Shown here: positions 8,206 to 17,455 of the stretch, piece by piece
Position numbering within the stretch: the stretch's first letter is position 1
Layout of the letters: each line of letters starts with the position of its first letter
Assembly: GCA_051746405.1 (NCBI GenBank)
Contig: JBNJFB010000011.1
Coordinates: 1 to 57,317, forward strand
Length of the DNA stretch: 57,317 nt
From: Campylobacterota bacterium
GTDB taxonomy: Bacteria; Campylobacterota; Campylobacteria; Campylobacterales; Arcobacteraceae
Direction: 5' to 3'
Made by a program: the position numbers and the translations under genes
Notes under the pieces: generated by a model
What the model was told of the DNA's origin: nothing
Seen by the model: only the letters and a program-made list of their open reading frames with translations
Database searches by the model: none

Positions 8206-8524
8206 CTCTGATACTCCATCTATTCTCTTCTAGATATTGCTTTGCTTTTGAACATAAAGGCGAACTTATTATTAACTCTTTTTTCTTAAAATTATGATTT
8301 AAAAAAGATGACAACTTCTGTTCTAGAACCATTAAATCATCTGCATTCTTTTTAAGAAATCTACTTTTTGCATCCACTTTAAATATTGCATAATATTTAA
8401 AATCTACACTAGTTGCTGCGTAAATTTCTATTTTTTTTCTAGTTTGTAACTGTTTTGGTTCAATTTTTTCTATATCCTTAAAAAGAATATTTTTACGAGT
8501 ATAATAGCCTGTAAGCTCTTTCAA
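8192..8524 (-). CDS. Hypothetical protein
   Basis: ORF between mreB and coaX, overlapping coaX; AAGGA RBS. Confidence 0.75.
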   Translation of the reverse strand: MKELTGYYTRKNILFKDIEKIEPKQLQTRKKIEIYAATSVDFKYYAIFKVDAKSRFLKKNADDLMVLEQKLSSFLNHNFKKKELIISSPLCSKAKQYLEENRWSIRVDFM

Positions 8525-8533
8525 TACTATCCT

Positions 8534-9562
8534 TTATTTTCTATCATTTAATAAATCTAAAAACTCCATATTTCTTAAAGCTTCCATTGTACCTTTTGAT
8601 ACTGCAAGTAATGGCTCATCGGTTATATGTACAGGAAGTTTAATAATATTTGATAAATACTTATCAATACCTCTTAATAAAGCTCCTCCACCTGTTAAAG
8701 TAATACCATTATCAACAACATCAGCTGCTAAATCAGGTGGCATTTGCTCTAAAAGTTTTAATAACGTACTTGATATGTTTTTCAATGGCTCACTTATAGC
8801 CTTTCTAACCTCTTCACTACTTAAAGTTATAGCCTTTAAATATCCAAAATTATCTTTACCTTTTACATCCAAGGTCAACATTTCATCTAGTTGTATAGCT
8901 GTTGCAATTTTAAACTTAATATTTTCAGCTGTACCCTCACCTATTGATAAGTTATAGTTATCTTTTACATATTTTATAATAGAACTATCAAAACTATCTC
9001 CAGCTGTTCTTGTTGCTTTACATAAAACTAAGCCACCTAAAGATGTAAGTCCCATCTCAGTAGTACCTGAACCAATATCAACTATAACATGTCCATCTGG
9101 ATTATTTACAGGTATTCCAGCACCAATAGCAGCTGCTAATGGCTCTTCAATTAGATATACATCCCTTGCACCTGCATTTAGTGCAGAGTCTCTTACTGCA
9201 TTTCTTTCAACAGGTGTTACTCCATAGGGAATACAAATAATAATTTTTGGTTTAAAAAAAAAGTTTTTTTTATATGCTTTTTGAATAAAATGGTTTATCA
9301 TTTTTTCAGTTGTATCAAAATCAGCAATAACACCATCTTTCATAGGTCTAATTGCTTTAATATTAAGTGGAGTTTTTCCTATCATCTTTTTAGCTTCAAC
9401 CCCAACCGCTAGGAGTTTAGACTCACCTTTATGATTTGTTTGTATTGCTACAACTGATGGTTCGTTGATTAAACATTTATCTTTTGTCGATACTATGATA
9501 TTTGCAGTACCTAAATCTATTGCTATATTTGGTGCTATTAAATTTGATAATGAATTAAACAT
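8534..9562 (-). CDS. mreB: MreB/Mbl actin-like rod-shape protein, possibly a paralog
   Basis: IAIDLGTAN, EPSVVA, RPMKDGVIADF, LTGGGALL. Confidence 0.88.
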   Translation of the reverse strand: MFNSLSNLIAPNIAIDLGTANIIVSTKDKCLINEPSVVAIQTNHKGESKLLAVGVEAKKMIGKTPLNIKAIRPMKDGVIADFDTTEKMINHFIQKAYKKNFFFKPKIIICIPYGVTPVERNAVRDSALNAGARDVYLIEEPLAAAIGAGIPVNNPDGHVIVDIGSGTTEMGLTSLGGLVLCKATRTAGDSFDSSIIKYVKDNYNLSIGEGTAENIKFKIATAIQLDEMLTLDVKGKDNFGYLKAITLSSEEVRKAISEPLKNISSTLLKLLEQMPPDLAADVVDNGITLTGGGALLRGIDKYLSNIIKLPVHITDEPLLAVSKGTMEALRNMEFLDLLNDRK

Positions 9563-9635
9563 TTATTTATTTCCATATTAGATTTTAAGTCTTATTATAT
9601 ATGTTTTGCAATTAAAAGGATATGAAAGTCAAACT

Positions 9636-10238
9636 CTATAGCGACTTTGTTTTAACCCTTTTGTAATAAAAATAGATAGTAATAAATATTAAGATAAGAA
9701 TAGTAACTATGATATATCTTAAATACTCTTTTATTAAAGCTTCATTTCCACCTATATAGTATCCAAGCATTGTAAGAATTATTACCCATATACCTGCACC
9801 TAAAGTTGTATAGAATGAAAAAAGTAATATATTCATTTTTGCTATTCCAGCTGGAAATGATATATACTGCCTAACACCAGGTATTAATCTTCCTGAAAAA
9901 GTCGATATATGACCATGACTATAAAAAAACTCTTCAATTTTTTCTATAGTATGTGGTTTTATAAAAAAATATCTACCATACCTTAATAAAAAAGCTCTTC
10001 CAAATTTTACAGCTAAAAAATAGTTTAGAAGTGCCCCACCAAGAGAACCTAAAATACCAAAAAATATCACTAATGAAAGGCTCATTTCTCCTTTATAAGC
10101 TAAATATCCAGCTGGTACCATTACAACTTCAGAGGGAAAAGGAAAAAATGAACTCTCTAAAAACATCATTAAAAATATTCCAATATAACCCAAATCACCT
10201 ACAGTATTAACTATAAAATCAACTATTTCGTGTAGCAC
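9636..10238 (-). CDS. DedA family membrane protein
   Basis: [20 protein letters not shown]. Confidence 0.92.
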   Translation of the reverse strand: MLHEIVDFIVNTVGDLGYIGIFLMMFLESSFFPFPSEVVMVPAGYLAYKGEMSLSLVIFFGILGSLGGALLNYFLAVKFGRAFLLRYGRYFFIKPHTIEKIEEFFYSHGHISTFSGRLIPGVRQYISFPAGIAKMNILLFSFYTTLGAGIWVIILTMLGYYIGGNEALIKEYLRYIIVTILILIFITIYFYYKRVKTKSL

Positions 10239-10759
10239 TAAATATACCTTTGTATTTTTTTGCAGGAGTTAAATAAAATTGAGTAGATTTCATCACTTTT
10301 TAAATCTTCGTCTGTGTAGTATTTTGAAACCACTTTAAAAATAAAACTATCTATATTAATTCTCTTTTTCTCAAAGAATTTCTTAAAATACTTCTCTTGC
10401 TTGTCCACAAGTAGTGTTTGAGCCACTTCATCTTCATCAAAATCGCGGTTTAATGTAGTCACAGTAGCAAAATTAATACCATAAATAAATCTATTAGTAC
10501 AAAAAAGTGTTCCAATTACGATTGAAGTATCGCAAGAGTAAACTGTACTTATATCAACTGCTCTAGAAATTTCAAAAGTGTCAAATATATAAGTTAATGC
10601 ATCATATATACTATCTTTACTTACACCAGATATTATAAGTAAGATATCATTATTAGAGTAAATTTTATAATTAGAGTATTGTGACTCTTCTAATTCAAAA
10701 AAGTCAATTATAGGTTTGGCTTCAACTTTTGTTGTTGTGTGAATTAATGTTCTAGACAT
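10238..10759 (-). CDS. Degenerate nucleoside phosphorylase-fold protein
   Basis: EAKPII...LIISGV, remnants of VDME (VDKQE) and KVVSD (KVVSK). Confidence 0.55.
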   Translation of the reverse strand: MSRTLIHTTTKVEAKPIIDFFELEESQYSNYKIYSNNDILLIISGVSKDSIYDALTYIFDTFEISRAVDISTVYSCDTSIVIGTLFCTNRFIYGINFATVTTLNRDFDEDEVAQTLLVDKQEKYFKKFFEKKRINIDSFIFKVVSKYYTDEDLKSDEIYSILFNSCKKIQRYI

Positions 10760-10765
10760 AGTTTT

Positions 10766-10786
10766 AACTAAGGCTTAGCCTTAGTT
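10766..10786 (-). terminator. Hairpin downstream of rplS
   Basis: AACTAAGGC-tta-GCCTTAGTT. Confidence 0.55.
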
Positions 10787-10789
10787 TAA

Positions 10790-11146
10790 TTACTTTTTAA
10801 GTTCTTTAATTCTTGCTGCTTTACCTTTTAAACCTCTTAAGTAGTGAAGTTTAGCTCTTCTTACTTTACCTCTTCTTGTTACTTCAAAACTTTTGATTGA
10901 TTCAGAATATAATGGGAAAATTCTTTCAACTCCTACTGAGTTAGCTCCAATTTTTCTTACTGTAAAAGTAGCTGATGCACCCTCACCTTGTCTAGCGATA
11001 ACTACACCTTCATAAGTTTGAACTCTTTTCTTTTCACCTTCTTTAATCTCTACACCAAGTCTTACTTTATCTCCAGCTCTAAACTGAGGAATCTCTTTTG
11101 ATTCAATTTGTGCTGCTTCGAAACTAGCTATATATCTATTTTTCAT
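10790..11146 (-). CDS. rplS: 50S ribosomal protein L19
   Basis: [21 protein letters not shown]. Confidence 0.98.
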   Translation of the reverse strand: MKNRYIASFEAAQIESKEIPQFRAGDKVRLGVEIKEGEKKRVQTYEGVVIARQGEGASATFTVRKIGANSVGVERIFPLYSESIKSFEVTRRGKVRRAKLHYLRGLKGKAARIKELKK

Positions 11147-11826
11147 CTTTTTTCCTTATTGGGTCTGTAATATTTTGTTTTGCAATTTGACATCTGGAAT
11201 TTTAAGTCGGAAATTTTACTATGATTTCCCTTTAAATATTCTTTAATGACACTTAAATTTTGGAAATTTTCAGGTTTAGTGAAAGATGGAGCTTCTAAAA
11301 GGTTTGTTTCATAGCTCTCTTCTACCAATGAGTCTTGATTTCCTAAAACCCCTTTAACATTCCTAGCAATAGCATCTGCCATAACTATTGATGGTAACTC
11401 TCCACCTGTTAAAACATACTCACCTATTGAAAAAACTTCATTTGCATACTTTTCAATAACCCTTTCATCAATTCCCTCATATCTACCATTTACAAATACA
11501 ATATCTCTTTTTTTTGCAAGTCTTTTTGCATCATTTTGTCTAAAAGGCTTTGCAGCTGCTAAAGGAAATACTATATATGCATCTTTATTCTCTTCTTTGA
11601 TTTTATCTAGACAATCAAATAAAGGCTGCGGAGTCATAAGCATACCAGCACCTCCTCCAACCATCTGTTTATCTACTTTATTGTGCTTATTTGTTGTAAA
11701 GTCCCTTGGATTAAAAAACTTATAAGAGATAAATCCATTATCAACAGCTCTTTTTAAAATAGAATCACCAAAGTATGGCTCAATTAAGTTAGGAAAAAGT
11801 GTTACAAACGTAAATGTCAATACCAA
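11143..11826 (-). CDS. trmD: tRNA (guanine-37-N1)-methyltransferase; true start may be TTG at 11820
   Basis: [25 protein letters not shown]. Confidence 0.96.
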   Translation of the reverse strand: MVLTFTFVTLFPNLIEPYFGDSILKRAVDNGFISYKFFNPRDFTTNKHNKVDKQMVGGGAGMLMTPQPLFDCLDKIKEENKDAYIVFPLAAAKPFRQNDAKRLAKKRDIVFVNGRYEGIDERVIEKYANEVFSIGEYVLTGGELPSIVMADAIARNVKGVLGNQDSLVEESYETNLLEAPSFTKPENFQNLSVIKEYLKGNHSKISDLKFQMSNCKTKYYRPNKEKR

Positions 11827-11903
11827 AACCTCAAATTTTTTTATATATTATCTAATTCTATATTAATTTTTGATACTATACATAAAAATTTATAATATAA
11901 AGT

Positions 11904-13115
11904 ATGAAAATGGTAACACTAAATAGAATAAAAGAAGCACAAGAAAACTTAAAAGGTGTAGCACAAATTACACCTGTTACAAAAGCCCCTATCTTAAGTG
12001 AGAATTTTGGTAGTGAAATTTACTTAAAAAAAGAGAATTTACAATTAACAGGTAGCTTTAAATTAAGAGGTGCATATAATAGAATTGCAAATTTATCACA
12101 AGAAAAAAGAGATAAAGGTGTAGTTGCAGCTAGTGCTGGGAATCATGCTCAAGGTTTAGCATATGCAGCAAAACAGTTTGATTGTGAAGCTACTATTTTT
12201 ATGCCAGAAGCAACCCCTCTAACAAAGGTTTCAGGGGTTAAATACCACGGAGCAAATGTAGTATTAACGGGTGAAAACTTTGATGCAGCATATACAGCAG
12301 CTATGAGATTTAAAGAACAAAGAGATTGTGAGTTTATTCACCCTTTTGCTGATGATGATGTAATAGCAGGACAAGGAACAGTTGCACTTGAGATTTTAGA
12401 AAAAATTCCAGATTTAAAGCAGTTAATAGTACCAATTGGTGGTGGAGGTTTAATCAGTGGGATTGCAATTGCAGCCAAAGCTATTAATCCTGATATTAGA
12501 ATAGTTGGTGTTGTTTCAAGTGGTGCAACTGCAATGAAGGAGTCATATAAATCTCAAATGCCAATTGATTCAAAATCAGTTAGAACTATTGCAGATGGAA
12601 TTGCTGTAAAAAATGTGACCCCAAAACTTTTAAATATTATAATTGACTATGTTGATCATATAGTAGAAGTTACTGATAATGAAATAGCAAATGCAATTTT
12701 GTTTTTGTTAGAAAAACACAAACTTGTAGTTGAAGGAGCAGGAGCTGTTGCAACAGCTGCAATTTTGCATGATAAAATTGAAATGGATGATACAAAAGTT
12801 TGTGCAGTTGTTAGTGGTGGTAATATTGATGTTACAATGCTTTCTCAAATTATTGAAAAAGGTTTAGTAAAATCAAGTAGAAAAATGAATCTTATGGTAA
12901 CACTAATGGACAAACCAGGTTCTTTAACACACTTATCAGAGATTTTTAGAGAGTGCTCTGCAAATATTGTTCAAATAGATTATGATAGGGATTCAGTAAA
13001 ACTAGATTTTGGTGAAGCATTGATTACAATTGCACTTGAAACTAAAGGTGAAGATCACCAAAAACTAATAAGAGAAAAATTGAAACAAAACGGTTACAGA
13101 TTTAAACAAATTTAA
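11904..13115 (+). CDS. ilvA: Threonine ammonia-lyase with a C-terminal ACT domain
   Basis: GSFKLRG, ASAGNHAQG, SGGNID. Confidence 0.93.
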   Translation: MKMVTLNRIKEAQENLKGVAQITPVTKAPILSENFGSEIYLKKENLQLTGSFKLRGAYNRIANLSQEKRDKGVVAASAGNHAQGLAYAAKQFDCEATIFMPEATPLTKVSGVKYHGANVVLTGENFDAAYTAAMRFKEQRDCEFIHPFADDDVIAGQGTVALEILEKIPDLKQLIVPIGGGGLISGIAIAAKAINPDIRIVGVVSSGATAMKESYKSQMPIDSKSVRTIADGIAVKNVTPKLLNIIIDYVDHIVEVTDNEIANAILFLLEKHKLVVEGAGAVATAAILHDKIEMDDTKVCAVVSGGNIDVTMLSQIIEKGLVKSSRKMNLMVTLMDKPGSLTHLSEIFRECSANIVQIDYDRDSVKLDFGEALITIALETKGEDHQKLIREKLKQNGYRFKQI

Positions 13116-13216
13116 ACTAGTTTTTTCGCTTTATAAAGTTTTTAGAAAAAAAACTATAAAATGATTCTCATAATTTAGTATTAGTGTTGTAACAGAAACA
13201 AAGAAAAAGGAAAGAG

Positions 13217-13903
13217 ATGGAAGGAAGACTGTTTACGTTCTTAGGTAGCATCGGTGGACACGGTCAAGAGTGGATAATACTTTCGCACTTTTTAGTTGTG
13301 ATTGGTATTATTTTCTTTTTAGCTAGATCTGCTACAAGTAAGATGCAATTAGTGCCAAGTGGAAGTCAAAATGTTTTAGAAGCATTTATTAGTGGTGTTA
13401 TTTCTATAGGAAGTGATACTATGGGAGAAAAAAATGCTAGAAGATACTTGCCTTTAATTGGTTCTTTAGGTTTGGTTATTGTTTTTGCTAACTTGTTAGG
13501 GGTTATTCCAGGTTTTGAATCTCCAACAGCTAACATTAACTTTACTTTATCTTTAGCATTAATTGTATTTATTTACTACAATTACCTTGGTATAAAAGAG
13601 AATGGGTTTGTTAATTATTTTAAGCATTTTATGGGTCCAATGCCTATATTAGCTCCTTTAATGTTCCCAATTGAGATTATATCTCATTTTTCAAGAATTA
13701 TATCATTATCATTCAGACTTTTTGGTGCTATTAGAGGTGATGATATGTTCTTAATGGTATTACTAATGTTAGTTCCATGGATTGTGCCTTTAGCTGGTTT
13801 CTTCATGTTAACAGCATTTGGTTTACTTCAAGCATTTATTTTCATGATTTTAACTTATGTTTATATAGCAGGTTCTATCATGATGGAAGAAGAAGATCAC
13901 TAA
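13217..13903 (+). CDS. atpB: F0F1 ATP synthase subunit a
   Basis: SLSFRLFG, LQAFIF; stand-alone position is typical of Campylobacterota. Confidence 0.96.
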   Translation: MEGRLFTFLGSIGGHGQEWIILSHFLVVIGIIFFLARSATSKMQLVPSGSQNVLEAFISGVISIGSDTMGEKNARRYLPLIGSLGLVIVFANLLGVIPGFESPTANINFTLSLALIVFIYYNYLGIKENGFVNYFKHFMGPMPILAPLMFPIEIISHFSRIISLSFRLFGAIRGDDMFLMVLLMLVPWIVPLAGFFMLTAFGLLQAFIFMILTYVYIAGSIMMEEEDH

Positions 13904-13970
13904 AAGTGACTTGCCCTCACTTTTTTTGATTCTTATTTTACAATAAAAGAGACTTACCTCTCTTTTATTT
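13902..13970 (+). terminator. Tandem terminator hairpins after atpB
   Basis: AAAAGTGA-cttgccc-TCACTTTT plus T-run (13902-13927), and AATAAAAGAGA-cttacc-TCTCTTTTATT (13942-13969). Confidence 0.7.
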
Positions 13971-14064
13971 CTTATTTTACCTACTAATATATCTTATTTT
14001 AATATTTTAACTATCCTATTAGCTATTACATAATATACTTTACAAAAATCAAAAAGAAGAGAAA

Positions 14065-14619
14065 TTGAAAAAATATTTAATAACTGATCCTAAATATTAC
14101 GGGAATAAACCTGAAATATTTAAACTTAATTTAATAGATGCTATAAAAAGAGATAAGCCAACATTTGTATGCTTTAGAGATAAAACCTCATCAAATTTCC
14201 AAAAGCTAGCAGAGGTTTTTGTGGATACATGTAAAGAGTTAAAAGTTGAGAATATATTAATCAACAGTGATTATAAATTAGCTAAAAAACTAGATGCTAC
14301 AGGTGTACACTTAACATCAAAACAGTTTAAAAAAATAAAAAAAGCTAAAGATTTAGATCTATTTGTAATTATCTCATGTCATGATTTCACTGATATTGAA
14401 AAGGCATTAAAAGAGTATGCAAATGCCATAACTTATTCACCAATATTTAAAACACCTAATAAAGGGCAACCAAAAGGTATAAATCAATTAAAAGAGGCTG
14501 TTGAGATTTTTGATGATATAAATATCTTTGCACTTGGTGGAATTGTAAATGATGAGCATATAAAAAAAGTCTCCAAAGCAAAACCATTTGGATTTGCTTC
14601 AATTAGGTATTTTACTTAA
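14065..14619 (+). CDS. Thiamine phosphate synthase-like (ThiE/TenI family)
   Basis: YLITD, RDK, GVHL, SCH, SPIFKTPNK, ALGGI. Confidence 0.82.
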   Translation: MKKYLITDPKYYGNKPEIFKLNLIDAIKRDKPTFVCFRDKTSSNFQKLAEVFVDTCKELKVENILINSDYKLAKKLDATGVHLTSKQFKKIKKAKDLDLFVIISCHDFTDIEKALKEYANAITYSPIFKTPNKGQPKGINQLKEAVEIFDDINIFALGGIVNDEHIKKVSKAKPFGFASIRYFT

Positions 14620-17348
14620 TCTACTTCAATTATATCTACATACTCATCTTTTAAGTATAGTATGTATGAATAAACCTCGTGTGTATCAAAAATAGTTTTT
14701 ATAGCTTTTTTATACTCTTTTACTTGGTTTTCATGCTCAATACTTGGTTTTTTTGTTGTTTTATAATCAAAAATATAATATCTGTCTCTTTTTTGTACTA
14801 ATAAATCAATTATTTTAATCTCATTATTATACATTATTGATTGCTCACTTGTGTATATTGAATCTTGAATAAAACTATTAAACTCCTTATCTTTTATAAG
14901 GGTTGTTATTCTATTTTTTATCTTTTCAAAATCTTTTTTATCTAAATAGTTAGAGTAACTATTTTTGGCTAATACTATGGAGTTTTCTAAAGATTTTATT
15001 GTAAACTCATCCATCATCTCTAAACAAAAGTGAGTTGCAATTCCAAAATATTTTGAATAGAGTCTTTGTTCATTTATATCTTTTTGTTTTGAAAGTTGTT
15101 TCTCTTGTGTACCTAAATCAAGAGGTTTATAATCAACTTTTATAACTACTTCATAGTTTTTAGAAGTATTGGTACTACTAACTAATTCACCAATTTTTAG
15201 CTTTTTTAAATCTAATATATCAAAAACTGATGATTTTTGCTTTTTAAATATCAAAAGATTGTTTTTTGCTCTTGTTAGTGCCACATATAAAATATTTATT
15301 TCATCTTCTAAAGCTAAAGACTTCTCTTTATTTAGAGCATTAGCATAATTTTTATCATAGTTTTCAAACCCTTTAATTTTATAAAAAATATTTTTTAAAT
15401 TAACACTATCATACTCAAACAGAAGTGAAGATTTATTTGGGACTTTTCTTTTAATTCTATCTAGTAGAAGCACTGTATTAAACTCCAAACCTTTTGACTT
15501 AAAAACAGTTAATATCTGCAAGCCTAAAGTCTCACTATTTGATATTGAAGTATCAAGACTATCTACCTCATAGACAAAATCAACTATATTCTCATACTTT
15601 GTGCAAGCTTCAATAAATCTAATTATATTTTCATCAATAAGTTTCAAATTAGATGCAATTTGCTTAACTATTGATCGTACACTGCTATGTTCTAAATCAA
15701 CTTTTAAATCAAAACTTGTAGTTAACTTATTACCCACAATAGCATTTAGATTCTCTTTATAGATACTCTCTTTGAAATATAGATATTTAATTGCATTTAT
15801 TAAAGCTTTTACATTTTCTTGATTTATAAGTTTTGATGTCATCTCTGTTGTGATTTTAAGTGTAGGAAACTTCTCTTTTAAATAGTAATAAAGAGTTAAT
15901 ACATCATCATTTGTATAAGTCAAAATAGCTATATCATTTGAATTAACTCCATTTTGCATTAAGTATGCAACTTTTGAAGCAACAGTTTTAAAATCTTTGT
16001 CATCTAAAGCTTCATCTTCAACTACTTCAACATATCCACCTTGATTCATACTTTTTTGTTCATAGTACTCATAGTTTGGTAGGTTTAAAAAAACTGAATT
16101 TACAAAATCCAAAATATTGCTAGTAGTTCTAAAGTTTGTATTTAAAACCTCAACTTCTAATAAACTATTTGTATTAGCAACATAATCAAAAAGCTCTCTT
16201 TTCCCACCTCTAAATCTATAAATAGACTGCTTTGTATCACCCACATAAAAAAAGGTTCTAAACTTTTTTTCATCACCTGATAAAATCTCTTGAATTAATG
16301 GTTCTAGTATTTTATACTGTATTAAAGATGTATCTTGAAACTCATCTATTAATATATGTGAATATTGAGAATCTAACCTAAAGTATAAAAACTCTTTATC
16401 AATTTTATTTGTTAATAAATCATAAACTAAATTTGAAATATCATTAAACTCTAGATAGTTTTTACTTTTATTATAAGAAAGTTTAAACTCTTTAAACATT
16501 AAAAACAACTCATATAGTTTACTTAAGCTATACCCTGCTCTTAATTTATAGTAGTTTGTTAAATCATTTTTCAAGTCATAAAAGTAGTTTTCTAAAATAT
16601 CATCTGAACACTTTTTAAAATAGCTATAATCACTTAATGTATCTTTTTGTAGCCATGTTGTTTTAAATAGTTCATCAAACTTTTCAAAACTAACTGCTTT
16701 TTTCGCAGCATTTGAAGCACTTTTACAAGACAAAATACCCTCTTTTATTTTAAAAGCACTTTTTAAAACCTCTTTTTTTTGTAAATCAATTAGTTTTGCA
16801 TCAATATTTACAATATCTATTGTTTCATTCTTTTCCAAAAGAGTCTTAAATAGCTCAAATAGTGAGTTAAACTTTCTATTTTCATAAATAGAAAAATCAA
16901 CTAATATATCAAACTGCTCTTGATTTAATGATTGCAAAAACTTCATGCTAAGCATTTGCTCATCATCCTCTTTTATTTCAAAATCATCCATAACACCTAC
17001 ATATCCACAAAACTCTCTTAATATCTTATTTATAAATTTATCAATAGTAAAAATTGCTAAAGAAGAGTTTGAAAAGTTTTTTAGAAGGTAACTTTTCTTT
17101 CCTAAAATCTCCTCTTTTGACATCAAAGACTGTTTTGATATAGCGTTTAGATAAGCTTCATCATCACCTAAGGTCAGTAAAGTATTATAAATTCTTTCAC
17201 TCATTTCATTTGCAGCTTTATTAGTAAAAGTTAATGTTAATATATCTTCAGGCTTTGCTTCATACAAAAGAAGAGTTATATATCTTACAGTTAAAGAGAA
17301 TGTTTTGCCACTTCCGGCACTTGCTTTTAATGCTAAATAGTTTTTCAT
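14616..17348 (-). CDS. addA: AddA/RecB-like UvrD helicase-nuclease
   Basis: ASAGSGKT, LTFTNKAA, IDEFQDT, VGDTKQSIYRFRG, C-terminal IDLL...DYKT nuclease. Confidence 0.9.
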   Translation of the reverse strand: MKNYLALKASAGSGKTFSLTVRYITLLLYEAKPEDILTLTFTNKAANEMSERIYNTLLTLGDDEAYLNAISKQSLMSKEEILGKKSYLLKNFSNSSLAIFTIDKFINKILREFCGYVGVMDDFEIKEDDEQMLSMKFLQSLNQEQFDILVDFSIYENRKFNSLFELFKTLLEKNETIDIVNIDAKLIDLQKKEVLKSAFKIKEGILSCKSASNAAKKAVSFEKFDELFKTTWLQKDTLSDYSYFKKCSDDILENYFYDLKNDLTNYYKLRAGYSLSKLYELFLMFKEFKLSYNKSKNYLEFNDISNLVYDLLTNKIDKEFLYFRLDSQYSHILIDEFQDTSLIQYKILEPLIQEILSGDEKKFRTFFYVGDTKQSIYRFRGGKRELFDYVANTNSLLEVEVLNTNFRTTSNILDFVNSVFLNLPNYEYYEQKSMNQGGYVEVVEDEALDDKDFKTVASKVAYLMQNGVNSNDIAILTYTNDDVLTLYYYLKEKFPTLKITTEMTSKLINQENVKALINAIKYLYFKESIYKENLNAIVGNKLTTSFDLKVDLEHSSVRSIVKQIASNLKLIDENIIRFIEACTKYENIVDFVYEVDSLDTSISNSETLGLQILTVFKSKGLEFNTVLLLDRIKRKVPNKSSLLFEYDSVNLKNIFYKIKGFENYDKNYANALNKEKSLALEDEINILYVALTRAKNNLLIFKKQKSSVFDILDLKKLKIGELVSSTNTSKNYEVVIKVDYKPLDLGTQEKQLSKQKDINEQRLYSKYFGIATHFCLEMMDEFTIKSLENSIVLAKNSYSNYLDKKDFEKIKNRITTLIKDKEFNSFIQDSIYTSEQSIMYNNEIKIIDLLVQKRDRYYIFDYKTTKKPSIEHENQVKEYKKAIKTIFDTHEVYSYILYLKDEYVDIIEVD

Positions 17349-17455
17349 ATTTAGATACTACACTAATAATAATTATAAATAAATTTAAAGTATCATAAAA
17401 CTTTAATAAAATATATCATAAAATAGTTTATTAAAATTATTTATAGGATTATAGA

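Noticed and set aside
13217..13903. atpB separated from other atp genes; addA without addB; dihaem PetC; short HisG
   Set aside because: Known or expected features for Campylobacterota, not novel
13904..14064. TPP riboswitch or sRNA before the ThiE-like gene
   Set aside because: No CUGAGA or other TPP core motifs; the two hairpins are explained as atpB terminators
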